Shown here: one piece after another, positions 9,858-18,027 of the stretch
How positions within the stretch are numbered: the first letter of the stretch is position 1
Layout: every line of letters begins with the position of its first letter
DNA from: Candidatus Microgenomates bacterium
GTDB taxonomy: Bacteria; Patescibacteriota; Microgenomatia; UBA8517
Direction of reading: 5' to 3'
Assembly: GCA_049523135.1 (NCBI GenBank)
Contig: JBEKNE010000001.1
Coordinates: forward strand, 18,095-82,094
Length of the DNA stretch: 64,000 nt
Program-made: the position numbers and the translations under genes
The notes under the pieces: model-generated
What the model saw: only the letters and a program-made list of their open reading frames with translations
Told to the model about the DNA's origin: nothing
Databases searched by the model: none

Positions 9858-10950
9858 ATTTATTTACAAATTCTATTATTTCTTTTTTGAATCTTTCTTT
9901 CGAAAACTTCTTAGCCTGATTAATGCAATCCTCTTTCTTAAATTTCATCTTCTCAAATCTTTTAACTGCAGAGGTTAAAATTTCCACATTAAGTTTGTTG
10001 AAAAATATTCCGGTTTTGCCATCAACTACCGATTCCAAATATCCCCCGCCTTTATAGGCAATTACGGGAATTCCGAAGCCCATCGCCTCAACTGCCGTCA
10101 TACCGAAATCTTCATCTTTTTGCGCCAGAATATACGCTTTAGCATTTGCATAAAGTCTTGTCATTTCGTTATCGCTCACACTTCCCAAAAACTTTATGTT
10201 ATCCATCGCAATTCTTTTTAGATAATTTTCCGACGGACCGGCTCCATAAACCAGTAAAGGCAGACCCAATTTATTAAAGGCTTTAACTATTAAATCAAAA
10301 TTTTTCGCGGCAGTTAATCTTCCACCCGTCAAATAATAAATTTTATTTGATGTTTTAATTTCAGTTTTCGGAAGTTCTACCGGAGGATAAATTACAGTTG
10401 CATCTTTCTTATAAAATCTCATGATTCTTGATGTAACTTCTTTTGAGTTTGCGATAAAGTAATCCACTTTTTGTGCCTGTTTGAAATCGTATTTACGCAT
10501 AAAGCGATTAACAATCAGTCCGTAAAAGCTAACCAACTTTCCGGCAAAACCTTTAAATTTTCTTGAAGTGTCAAAGCCATATAAATATCTTGGAGGTGTA
10601 TGACAATAACAAATTTCGGTAGCACCCTTTTTCTTTTCAAATCCTTTTGTAACAGCCCAACTGGAGGAAGAAATAATTAAATCATATTGGCTCAAGTCAA
10701 AGCTTCCCCAAATAGTCGGCATTAAAAATCTTAGAGGAGAAATTAATCTATCCGCAAATGGAATATATCCAAACCAAGACTGAATAATTTTTATTCCATC
10801 GAATTTATCTGCAAATTTTCCAAGACGGGATTTTCTATAAACGGAGACATAGATGGGGGCTTCTGAATAAATCTCATGAAGAGCCAAAAGTACTCTTTCT
10901 GCTCCTCCGAAATCTATCAAATAATCATGAACTATTGCAATTTTTTTCAT
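9850..10950 (-). CDS. Glycosyltransferase family 4 (GT1-fold)
   Basis: C-terminal GT4 region with EGFGMTAVEAMGFGIPVIA-type motif. Confidence 0.75.
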   Translation of the reverse strand: MKKIAIVHDYLIDFGGAERVLLALHEIYSEAPIYVSVYRKSRLGKFADKFDGIKIIQSWFGYIPFADRLISPLRFLMPTIWGSFDLSQYDLIISSSSWAVTKGFEKKKGATEICYCHTPPRYLYGFDTSRKFKGFAGKLVSFYGLIVNRFMRKYDFKQAQKVDYFIANSKEVTSRIMRFYKKDATVIYPPVELPKTEIKTSNKIYYLTGGRLTAAKNFDLIVKAFNKLGLPLLVYGAGPSENYLKRIAMDNIKFLGSVSDNEMTRLYANAKAYILAQKDEDFGMTAVEAMGFGIPVIAYKGGGYLESVVDGKTGIFFNKLNVEILTSAVKRFEKMKFKKEDCINQAKKFSKERFKKEIIEFVNKYA

Positions 10951-11841
10951 TTAGAAAAGTTGTGTTTGTTTTTCCTGATCAATCGTTTTACCGACTTTTT
11001 TGACTCTCTCCGTTAAGATCTTAAAACCGAATTTTTCAAAGAGTTTAAGAACCTCGGGACTATCGATTTTCCATTTTTCCATCTGCAGAAAATCTATTTC
11101 TACCGGTACATCTTTTACTATGGTTGCAAGCCTATGGAAGAGTATTGCATTATCTTTATTCGCCTCAAGCTTTTGCCTGATTTTCGGATCAATATCAGAT
11201 AAATGAGCATAAATTTTATCTATACTTCCGTATTTTTCCAAAAGCTTCTCGGCGGTCTTCGGACCGATTCCGGCAACCCCCGGGTAGTTATCCGAGGGGT
11301 CGCCAACCAAAGCTTTGTAATCGGGTATCTCTTCTAGGGGAACTCCCATTCTTTCTTTCGCCGCGGCGGCATCATAGAGTTTGGCATTAGTAAGCCCAAC
11401 TACCGGCATATAGAGTTTTACCTTGTCATTAATAAGTTGGAGTATATCCCGGTCCCCCGTCACAATTACCACATCCTCTTTTGCTTTACTTGCAATTGTT
11501 CCGATCACATCATCCGCTTCAAAACCGGGTTTTGAATAAATAGGAACTCCTACAGCTTTAAAAAAATCTTTAGCTTTTCCAAATTGTGAGGAAAGCTCAT
11601 CTGCCATCGGAGGCCTTTGAGCCTGATACTTCTTAAACTCTTTTTGACGAAAAGTTTCCGCCTTCTCATCAAAGGCTACAGCAATTGAATCAGGCTTGAG
11701 ATCCTGCACAACCCTCAAAAACATCGATACAAGCCCATAGACGGCGTTTATTGGCTCTCCGCTTCTTGTAGTGAGTGGTGGCATGGCATGGAAAGCCCTG
11801 TGAAGAATGGCATTGCCGTCAATAATTACAAGCTTACTCAT
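10951..11841 (-). CDS. 5'-3' exonuclease (Pol I N-terminal domain-like FEN)
   Basis: LVIIDGNAILHRAFHAM... and acidic metal-binding clusters of the 53EXO family. Confidence 0.8.
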   Translation of the reverse strand: MSKLVIIDGNAILHRAFHAMPPLTTRSGEPINAVYGLVSMFLRVVQDLKPDSIAVAFDEKAETFRQKEFKKYQAQRPPMADELSSQFGKAKDFFKAVGVPIYSKPGFEADDVIGTIASKAKEDVVIVTGDRDILQLINDKVKLYMPVVGLTNAKLYDAAAAKERMGVPLEEIPDYKALVGDPSDNYPGVAGIGPKTAEKLLEKYGSIDKIYAHLSDIDPKIRQKLEANKDNAILFHRLATIVKDVPVEIDFLQMEKWKIDSPEVLKLFEKFGFKILTERVKKVGKTIDQEKQTQLF

Positions 11842-11860
11842 AAGTGTATTTTACACTAAA

Positions 11861-13744
11861 CTACTTTTTGGGGCCTACAATCTTTTCGAAGTCGTCGCGA
11901 TCCAGAGTTTCTTTATCAATTAAAGTCTTGCTTACCTTATCAAGAAGTTTTCTTTTCTCCTTAATAAGTTTCACTGCCGCTTTATAACCTTCATCTAGGA
12001 TTTTCTTGGTAGCAGCATCAATTTTCTCCATAAAGGCCGGTGAATTCTGAGCCTGTTCGTACCATTCCATTTGTCCAAAATCCCCTAAACCCATATCAGG
12101 TCCTAAATTGATCGGCCCAAGGTCACTCATTCCAAATTCAATAACCATTGCACGGGCAATTTTTGTAGCCTGAGCAATATCATTTGCGGCTCCACTGGTC
12201 ATTTCGTTGAAAACTACTTCTTCTGCAGCTCGTCCTCCAAGCATGGCTGTAATTTGCTCAAGGAGTCTGGACTTTGTTTCGTGAGTCCTATCCCCCACAG
12301 GAGGAATTAATGTGTGCCCCAAGCTCATTCCGCGGGCAACGATAGAGATCTGGTGAACCGGATCTGTTTGCTTCAAAAAGTGTGTAACAATAGCGTGTCC
12401 GGCCTCGTGATAGGCAGTGATTTTTTTGTCTTCATCACTTTGGATTCTCTTTTTAGCAGGCCCGAGTTTAACTTTGGTTGAAGATTCTTCAAGGTCAACC
12501 ATTGTAATTTCACTCTTGCCCTCCCTTGCGGCTCCAATTGCAGCCTCATTCAGCATGTTTTCCAAGTCGGCACCCGAAAAGCCGATGGTGCGATCAGCAA
12601 CTTTACTCCAATCAATTCCTTTAGCAAACTTCTTGCCGCGTGCATGAATATGAAGAATGGCGAGCCTGCCTTCTTTATCCGGCATATCAAGAACAATACG
12701 CCTATCAAATCTTCCGGGGCGGAGAAGCGCCGGGTCAAGAAGGTCTCCCCTGTTGGTTGCAGCAATAACAATTACATTGTCATTCGGAGTAAATCCGTCC
12801 ATCTCAACCAAAATTTGGTTCAAAGTTTGTTCCCTTTCATCATGTCCTCCCATCATTCCACGACCTCTTTGTCGCCCGATTGCATCGATTTCATCAATAA
12901 AAATTATTGAAGGAGCTGCGGCTTTGGCCTGAGCAAAAAGATCCCGCGCACGGGAGGCTCCGACTCCAACAAGCATTTCCATAAACTCGCTTCCGGCCAT
13001 GCTGAAAAACGGCACTCCAGCTTCTCCCGCAACAGCCTTGGCCAGTAAAGTTTTTCCTACTCCTGAAGGTCCAACTAGAAGCGCTCCTTTTGGAGTCCTG
13101 GCACCTATTTTTCTGTACTTCATCGGGTTCTTGAGAAAATCCACAAGCTCTTCAAGTTCTTTCTTGGCATCGTCCACTCCGGCAACATCGGCAAAAGTTA
13201 CATCTTGTTTGCCTTTAGCAAAAATCTTGGCATGACTTCTTCCGAAAGAAAAAATATCCTGTGCTCCTTTATTCTGTGCCCGCATTATGTAATAGAAGAA
13301 GGCAACCATAAGAAGAATTGGTAAAACTACCCCGGCAATATCCCCTGCTACCTTGGCAAAAGACTGATCGACAACTTCGTAATTTACGCTGGCAGGATCA
13401 ATTCCAGAGTTTTTGAGAAGATCGGAAAAACTTTCAGTATCTTCTTTTGTGGAAACTTTAGTACTCCCGTCTTTATAGGAAACCGTCAGTTTAGTACTAT
13501 CTACAGTTACTTTACTGACTTTGCCGGCTTTAATATCAGTCAAAAGCTGGGAAACACCTTCTTGAGAAGTGCTTCCGGCTGTTTGAACCGCGGCAATAAT
13601 TCCCGGAATTACAAAGAAGATAATAAGAACCGTAGCCGCAATAGTCCAGAGGTTAAGTTTTAACTTGAGTTGAAACTGCTTTTTCCCTTTTGCGGTTTTT
13701 TTATTCTTGTTTGAGTCTTGATTAAAAATCTTTGTAGGATCCAT
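11861..13744 (-). CDS. ftsH: ATP-dependent zinc metalloprotease FtsH
   Basis: AAA Walker A GPSGVGKTLLAKA, SRH region and the HEAGHA zinc motif. Confidence 0.9.
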   Translation of the reverse strand: MDPTKIFNQDSNKNKKTAKGKKQFQLKLKLNLWTIAATVLIIFFVIPGIIAAVQTAGSTSQEGVSQLLTDIKAGKVSKVTVDSTKLTVSYKDGSTKVSTKEDTESFSDLLKNSGIDPASVNYEVVDQSFAKVAGDIAGVVLPILLMVAFFYYIMRAQNKGAQDIFSFGRSHAKIFAKGKQDVTFADVAGVDDAKKELEELVDFLKNPMKYRKIGARTPKGALLVGPSGVGKTLLAKAVAGEAGVPFFSMAGSEFMEMLVGVGASRARDLFAQAKAAAPSIIFIDEIDAIGRQRGRGMMGGHDEREQTLNQILVEMDGFTPNDNVIVIAATNRGDLLDPALLRPGRFDRRIVLDMPDKEGRLAILHIHARGKKFAKGIDWSKVADRTIGFSGADLENMLNEAAIGAAREGKSEITMVDLEESSTKVKLGPAKKRIQSDEDKKITAYHEAGHAIVTHFLKQTDPVHQISIVARGMSLGHTLIPPVGDRTHETKSRLLEQITAMLGGRAAEEVVFNEMTSGAANDIAQATKIARAMVIEFGMSDLGPINLGPDMGLGDFGQMEWYEQAQNSPAFMEKIDAATKKILDEGYKAAVKLIKEKRKLLDKVSKTLIDKETLDRDDFEKIVGPKK

Positions 13745-13765
13745 ACGGTTGTCAATTCTACACCA

Positions 13766-14116
13766 TTATCTTACTTTTGTTCCATTGGGAACCTTTTTTT
13801 GAAGCTTGAAAAGAACTGTTGGGGTCTCTTCGTCCTCCGCTGGAACGGCCATAATCATCATTACTTCGCTCATTTCTTTTTCAGGCCCTATTTTTCTGGG
13901 TTCCAGATTGGTAACAAACGGAAACTGCTTTCCAACAAGGTCCTCCGGCTTAAAAAACTTCATTATGCCAGAAAAGCATTTTTTGATTCCAATCTCCCCC
14001 CCCAAATCTACCTCAAGCCTCATTACCCAGTGGCTCCAGGTGGGAACTTCTGCTTTAGTAACCGTTCCAATTCTGATATCTACTTTCTCAAAATCACTGT
14101 AAGGAATCGTGTCCAC
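13766..14116 (-). CDS. tRNA-binding domain protein (CsaA/Myf-like)
   Basis: DIRIGTVTKAE... OB-fold tRNA-binding signature. 116 aa. Confidence 0.6.
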   Translation of the reverse strand: MDTIPYSDFEKVDIRIGTVTKAEVPTWSHWVMRLEVDLGGEIGIKKCFSGIMKFFKPEDLVGKQFPFVTNLEPRKIGPEKEMSEVMMIMAVPAEDEETPTVLFKLQKKVPNGTKVR

Positions 14117-15154
14117 TTATTTAATCAATCCTATTTTATCTTTAACTTCTTTAATAGTTTCTGAGGCAATTTTCTCAGCCTTCTCGGCACCCTCATAGAT
14201 TATCTTACCAACCAAAGAAGGATCGTTTTGATAAATCTTTCTTCGCTCTTGGATTGGCTTCAATTCTTTATAAATCGCTTCCGCAAGTTCCAATTTCAAA
14301 TCTCCATACTTTATCCCGGATCCTTTATAATCTGCTTCATACTTTTTCCTCTTTTCAGTCCCTTCAAAAAGTTCAACAAACTGCAAAAGATTGGTGACAC
14401 CACCTTTCTCGGGAACTTTTTCTCCTTTTCCTGAATCCGTCGGGGCACTTGCCAATTTCTTTTTTATCTCATTAAGACTGTCTGTCAGTGAAATAAAACT
14501 TCCTTCTACGCTTTTACTCATCTTTCCCTCCCCTGTCAGAGACGGAACATATTCGCCCTCTGTTGCAAACCTTTTTGGTTCCGGAAAATCAGTTCCGTAT
14601 TTCGCGTTCATTTTCCTAGCAATTTCTCTTGCAACCTCCAAATGGGGTTCCTGATCAATTCCAACAGGAACAAGGCTAGCTTTATATAAAAGAATATCCG
14701 CAGCCATTAAAACAGGATAATTGAGAAGTGCCATGGTTACACTATCGGGGTGTTGAGCCACTTTTTCCTTAAACGTCGGCAAGTGCTGCATCCTGGCAAC
14801 AGAAATTTCGGATGAAAGAATATGGGCAAAATAAGTATGTTCTGGAATTAAAGATTGAGCCGAAATGATTGACTTTTCGGGGTCAAGTCCGCAGGCAAGG
14901 TAATCTATAATGACATTTCTGGTATTTTCCGCCAATTTCTCCTTATCAAAAGGGGTGGTTATGGCATGCAAATCCATAACCATATAAATGGTCTCATACT
15001 CGGGGTTATTTTGCAGTTCCAAATAACCCTTTACCGCACCCAGGTAGTTACCAAGGTGCAATCTCCCTGTAGCTCTTGTACCGGAAAAAACACGTTTCTT
15101 TTTCATATCTAGAACCAATCTTACTTCAGAATGAGGGAAAAAGGAAGAAACCAA
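14117..15154 (-). CDS. trpS: Tryptophan--tRNA ligase
   Basis: HLGNYLG (HIGH-like) and KMSKS motifs. Class I aaRS of TrpRS length. Confidence 0.9.
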   Translation of the reverse strand: MVSSFFPHSEVRLVLDMKKKRVFSGTRATGRLHLGNYLGAVKGYLELQNNPEYETIYMVMDLHAITTPFDKEKLAENTRNVIIDYLACGLDPEKSIISAQSLIPEHTYFAHILSSEISVARMQHLPTFKEKVAQHPDSVTMALLNYPVLMAADILLYKASLVPVGIDQEPHLEVAREIARKMNAKYGTDFPEPKRFATEGEYVPSLTGEGKMSKSVEGSFISLTDSLNEIKKKLASAPTDSGKGEKVPEKGGVTNLLQFVELFEGTEKRKKYEADYKGSGIKYGDLKLELAEAIYKELKPIQERRKIYQNDPSLVGKIIYEGAEKAEKIASETIKEVKDKIGLIK

Positions 15155-15160
15155 TCACTT

Positions 15161-15421
15161 CTAAAAGATAATTTGCTTCTCAAAATCCTTAAGAATATCC
15201 TTATCGCTCTCTACAACAGTATCCACGTCTGCCCCATTATAGACACAAATGCGAGTGTATCTTTTATCATCATCTTTGATAAAGCCTCTAGGACTAATTA
15301 TTTGGATAAAATTTCCTTCCTCAGCAACTATATCAAACTCTTTATCCAAATACTTTGCCCCTTCTTCATTAATTACTCCAAAATCTCCAACAGCGCGTCC
15401 CAGTTCTGAAATTGATGTCAT
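15161..15421 (-). CDS. Hypothetical small protein
   Basis: 86-aa acidic ORF. Confidence 0.3.
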   Translation of the reverse strand: MTSISELGRAVGDFGVINEEGAKYLDKEFDIVAEEGNFIQIISPRGFIKDDDKRYTRICVYNGADVDTVVESDKDILKDFEKQIIF

Positions 15422-15465
15422 ACAAAGCCATTATATTGAAGGGCTAATCTTTGTCAACAAATTAG

Positions 15466-15539
15466 TAGCAGGGGTGGGGCTCGAACCCACGACCGCCGGG
15501 ATATGAATCCGGTGCTCTACCCAGCTGAGCTACCCTGCC
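15466..15539 (-). tRNA. tRNA(CAU), elongator Met or Ile2-type, intron-less
   Basis: Hand-folded cloverleaf: acceptor GGCAGGG/CCCTGCT, D-arm GCTC-AGCTGGGTA-GAGC, anticodon loop TTCATAT (CAU), T-arm GTGGG-TTCGAGC-CCCAC. 74 nt, CCA not encoded. Confidence 0.75.
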
Positions 15540-16227
15540 TTGAAAAATTTCTACCCGCTTCAGATAAACCCTTAATCAACCCCAGTATTTTATAATAAAT
15601 ATCACTACCTTTCAAAACGGTCACACCCAAAGTCCCATAATGGTTATTAAAGTTGGCATAAACTTTATGTAGCTTCGTTTTTTTAAAACTGGTTTTCCTG
15701 AATCGATCCAGAGGAATTCCCGTAATGTCAGACCAGTACCTTTTAACAATATTTTCTCTATTCCTGTGAATTTCATTTATTCCAACCACAGCTTTTAGAC
15801 GATCAAACCCCACACCATAGAACTTCTTAAGCCATGAGATCATAAAATTAATGAGCTCTGGATCAGAGTTACAGATGTAAAACTCACGTTTCTTTTTCGA
15901 TCCCTCTCCCCAATATAGAGCTATTCCTGCGACAAAAAATTCTTCATCAGAAAGGTTTTCTAATTGATCTCGACCTTCATTCTCCCGTTGTTTTATTAAA
16001 TCCAGCCTTCTATTTTTCTGCATCAGCGATCCTTTCAAACGACCCAATTCTCCACCTTTAATCTTCCTTTTCTTTAACACCTTAAGTTGCTCAACAGACA
16101 AAATCATATCTCTCACCCACAAACTGGCGGTGCTCTTTGTCACACCAACTTTTTTAGCAATTACTCCGACACTCTCACCTTTGGCTCGCATCTCTCTAGC
16201 TTTTATCCTTTGTAAATACTTAGCCAT
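15517..16227 (-). CDS. HTH + LAGLIDADG-like putative homing endonuclease (free-standing). The 3' end overlaps the tRNA(CAU) 5' end by about 23 nt.
   Basis: N-terminal resolvase/sigma-r4-like HTH (GESVGVIAKKVGVTKSTASLW). Central FFVAGIALYWGEGSKKK...INFMISWLKKFYGVG resembles a single LAGLIDADG motif with its following helix. Confidence 0.45.
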   Translation of the reverse strand: MAKYLQRIKAREMRAKGESVGVIAKKVGVTKSTASLWVRDMILSVEQLKVLKKRKIKGGELGRLKGSLMQKNRRLDLIKQRENEGRDQLENLSDEEFFVAGIALYWGEGSKKKREFYICNSDPELINFMISWLKKFYGVGFDRLKAVVGINEIHRNRENIVKRYWSDITGIPLDRFRKTSFKKTKLHKVYANFNNHYGTLGVTVLKGSDIYYKILGLIKGLSEAGRNFSRQGSSAG

Positions 16228-16267
16228 GAATTTATAGTACTTTCATTATACGGAGGTTCGATTATTC

Positions 16268-16296
16268 TTGTCAATAATTCAAATTTGATATATAAT
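16268..16296 (+). promoter_or_regulatory. Sigma-70-like promoter TTGTCA-17nt-TATAAT driving the intron-containing tRNA
   Basis: Near-consensus -35/-10 hexamers with 17-nt spacing, about 18 nt upstream of tRNA position 1. Confidence 0.45.
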
Positions 16297-16313
16297 TCCC
16301 TTTATTAGTTATA

Positions 16314-16581
16314 TGCGGGGTAGTGTACGGCTGCACGTGAGGCTCAAATTGGGCCATTTCTAAGAGATTAGAATGAAATCTGACTGTATCGGTGAAACCT
16401 AAAATTTAGTCATGGCAACGCCGAGGCAATCCACACTTAGTTATGAATGTGGCGAGTCCGTAGAGACTATACGCCAGACTCTGAATAAGATTTCAGGGAA
16501 GACATAGTCCGACACTCCGGGAAACCGGAGAAACGCGAAAAGCATAATCTCGCAGGCTGGGTTCAACTCCCAGCCCCGCAA
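16314..16581 (+). tRNA. tRNA(CAU) gene interrupted by a group I intron (exons 16314-16344 and 16543-16581)
   Basis: Acceptor UGCGGGG pairs with CCCCGCA 268 nt downstream. D-arm GUGU-ACGGCU-GCAC. Anticodon stem UGAGG/UCUCG spans the insertion. Spliced anticodon loop is CU|CAUAA. T-arm CUGGG-UUCAACU-CCCAG. Mature length about 70 nt. Confidence 0.6.
16345..16542 (+). ncRNA. Group I self-splicing intron (~198 nt, IC3-like, no ORF) in the tRNA anticodon loop
   Basis: R-like GUAGAGACUAUA and S-like AAGACAUAGUCC elements can form P7 (GACUAU/AUAGUC). Other stretches (AUGGCAACGCCGAG, GAAACCUAA) recall small bacterial tRNA group I introns. It ends in G before the 3' exon. A P1 is possible between exon GGCU and intron GGCC. 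Confidence 0.55.
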
Positions 16582-16588
16582 CACGAAG

Positions 16589-16978
16589 TTAAAAGAACAG
16601 TTTTTCCCACTTTTTCCAATTAGGATCTGGTAGGGTTTCTTCCTCGGTCGGCTCAGGTGGTGCAAGCTTTCTTAAAGTATCGTCATCCGGCAGAATCACT
16701 ATCGCCTCCCCCCGTTTAACCAAACCTAGCTTATCCCTGATCTGTTTCTCGATATATTCCGACCCTTGGGTCTGGGCAATTTGAGCCTGAAGCGCCGCAT
16801 TATCAGCCTCCATCTTGGAAACCTTTTGCCTCTCCTTTTCAACCTCAGCTCTGATTGCGATTACCTTTTGAATATTCCTAACCGTAGAAAGAAGGAGTAT
16901 GGCTACAAGTACCCATATGGCATACCCTAAGATCTTTTTGCCTTTGAGCCTTAACCCCTCTATTATTTTACCTTCCAT
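16589..16978 (-). CDS. ftsB: Septum formation initiator family protein (FtsB/DivIC-like)
   Basis: N-terminal TM helix followed by a coiled-coil (EVEKERQKVSKMEADNAALQAQIAQ) and a proline-rich tail. Confidence 0.6.
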   Translation of the reverse strand: MEGKIIEGLRLKGKKILGYAIWVLVAILLLSTVRNIQKVIAIRAEVEKERQKVSKMEADNAALQAQIAQTQGSEYIEKQIRDKLGLVKRGEAIVILPDDDTLRKLAPPEPTEEETLPDPNWKKWEKLFF

Positions 16979-17058
16979 AATTAGTTATATCCTGTAATCA
17001 TTTGACTATTTAAAAAAATGCTATATAATAGCCTAGAAATCTTGTAATTAATTTAATT

Positions 17059-17922
17059 ATGACACAAGAACCTATCAAAAATCTGCTTCCGAAGTTTATC
17101 GAATCCCTTAAAGTTAAGGGCCGCTCTCCTGCGACCATTTTAGCCTACAGAAGCGATCTTGAGCAACTCGTGGATTACCTTATTAAAAGGCAAAAAGTCC
17201 TACCTGAACAGGTTCGCCCGGATGATCTCGATAGCTTTAGGGATACCCTTTTGGCTGACAAATATACGCCTAAATCCGTTAGCCGCAAACTAAATGCAGT
17301 TAAAACTTTCTTTAGGTGGATGATTTCGGAGAATATTGTTACTTCCGATGTCTCAGCCTCAGTTGCACATCCTAAGATTGAGAATTCTCTTCCTAAATTC
17401 CTTTCTCAAATGGAATACAGAGCTTTAAGAGATGTAACGCGCAGTGATGTTAGAATCGCTGCAATTATAGAGCTTATTCTTCAAACGGGACTTAGGATTT
17501 CAGAAGTTGCCAGTCTTAAAACCGCCAATGTGGGTAAGGATTCTATGAAAATTGAAGCCTATGCCACACAGCCCGAAAGGACGGTTCCTGTTAATAAACC
17601 GGCCGTAGATGTTCTAGCTGCCTATATGGCAATCCGCCCCAAGGCTGATTCTCCTTATGTCTTTATTAGTAAAAACGGCAAACCCTTGGCTGTCAGAAAC
17701 ATCCGCGCTTCAATTGCCAGATACGTTCAAAGAGCAGAACTTCCGGGTTATTCAGTTAATGATTTGAGGACTACTTTTATTGTCGAAAATCTCAAAGCTG
17801 GAGTTGATATTGTCCTTCTTTCTCAGGTCTCCGGCCATAAGCGCCTTTCTACAACTGAAAGGTATCTTGAGCTTGCCCAAATAACTGAACCCGGCAAAAA
17901 GCAAATCCTTATCGAGCTTTAA
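17059..17922 (+). CDS. Tyrosine site-specific recombinase (XerC/XerD-like)
   Basis: N-terminal SAM-like core-binding domain (ATILAYRSDLEQLVDYL). C-terminal catalytic region LRTTF...HKRLSTTERYLEL with the tyrosine nucleophile. Confidence 0.8.
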   Translation: MTQEPIKNLLPKFIESLKVKGRSPATILAYRSDLEQLVDYLIKRQKVLPEQVRPDDLDSFRDTLLADKYTPKSVSRKLNAVKTFFRWMISENIVTSDVSASVAHPKIENSLPKFLSQMEYRALRDVTRSDVRIAAIIELILQTGLRISEVASLKTANVGKDSMKIEAYATQPERTVPVNKPAVDVLAAYMAIRPKADSPYVFISKNGKPLAVRNIRASIARYVQRAELPGYSVNDLRTTFIVENLKAGVDIVLLSQVSGHKRLSTTERYLELAQITEPGKKQILIEL

Positions 17923-17930
17923 AAATCTTG

Positions 17931-18001
17931 TGGATCCGGATAGAGTCGAACTATCGCTTCGTGTTTATAAGACGCGTATCCTACCGTTAAACGACGGATC
18001 C
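17931..18001 (-). tRNA. tRNA-like gene with anticodon UAU (Ile?). The D-arm is weak, so it may be a pseudo-tRNA.
   Basis: Perfect 7-bp acceptor GGATCCG/CGGATCC and a good T-arm GATAG-TTCGACT-CTATC. Anticodon loop CTTATAA. The D-stem has 3 G-U pairs and the anticodon stem has a C-A mismatch. It lies 9 nt from the recombinase stop. Confidence 0.45.
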
Positions 18002-18027
18002 AATGAGGCAATTATACCAAACTGAAG

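Noticed and set aside
12417-13235. Several 70-90-aa ORFs on both strands within ftsH.
   Set aside because: They are nested in the FtsH coding region and have low-complexity, Ser/Pro-rich translations typical of out-of-frame reading.
16314-16581. Initial reading of this 268-nt tRNA-like-ended RNA as tmRNA (ssrA). The T-loop UUCAACU and 5'/3' acceptor pairing match tmRNA.
   Set aside because: No plausible tag-peptide reading frame ending in a hydrophobic tail. No G3-U70 Ala identity pair. No 5' UUCGAC element. A complete cloverleaf with D-arm and split anticodon stem is present, and the internal 198 nt carry group I P7-like R/S elements. An intron-containing tRNA explains the sequence better.
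17931-18001. Plus-strand reading of the tRNA-like gene, which would give anticodon AUA (Tyr).
   Set aside because: Only the minus strand gives a proper T-loop (TTCGACT). The plus-strand loop AGTCGAA is not T-loop-like.
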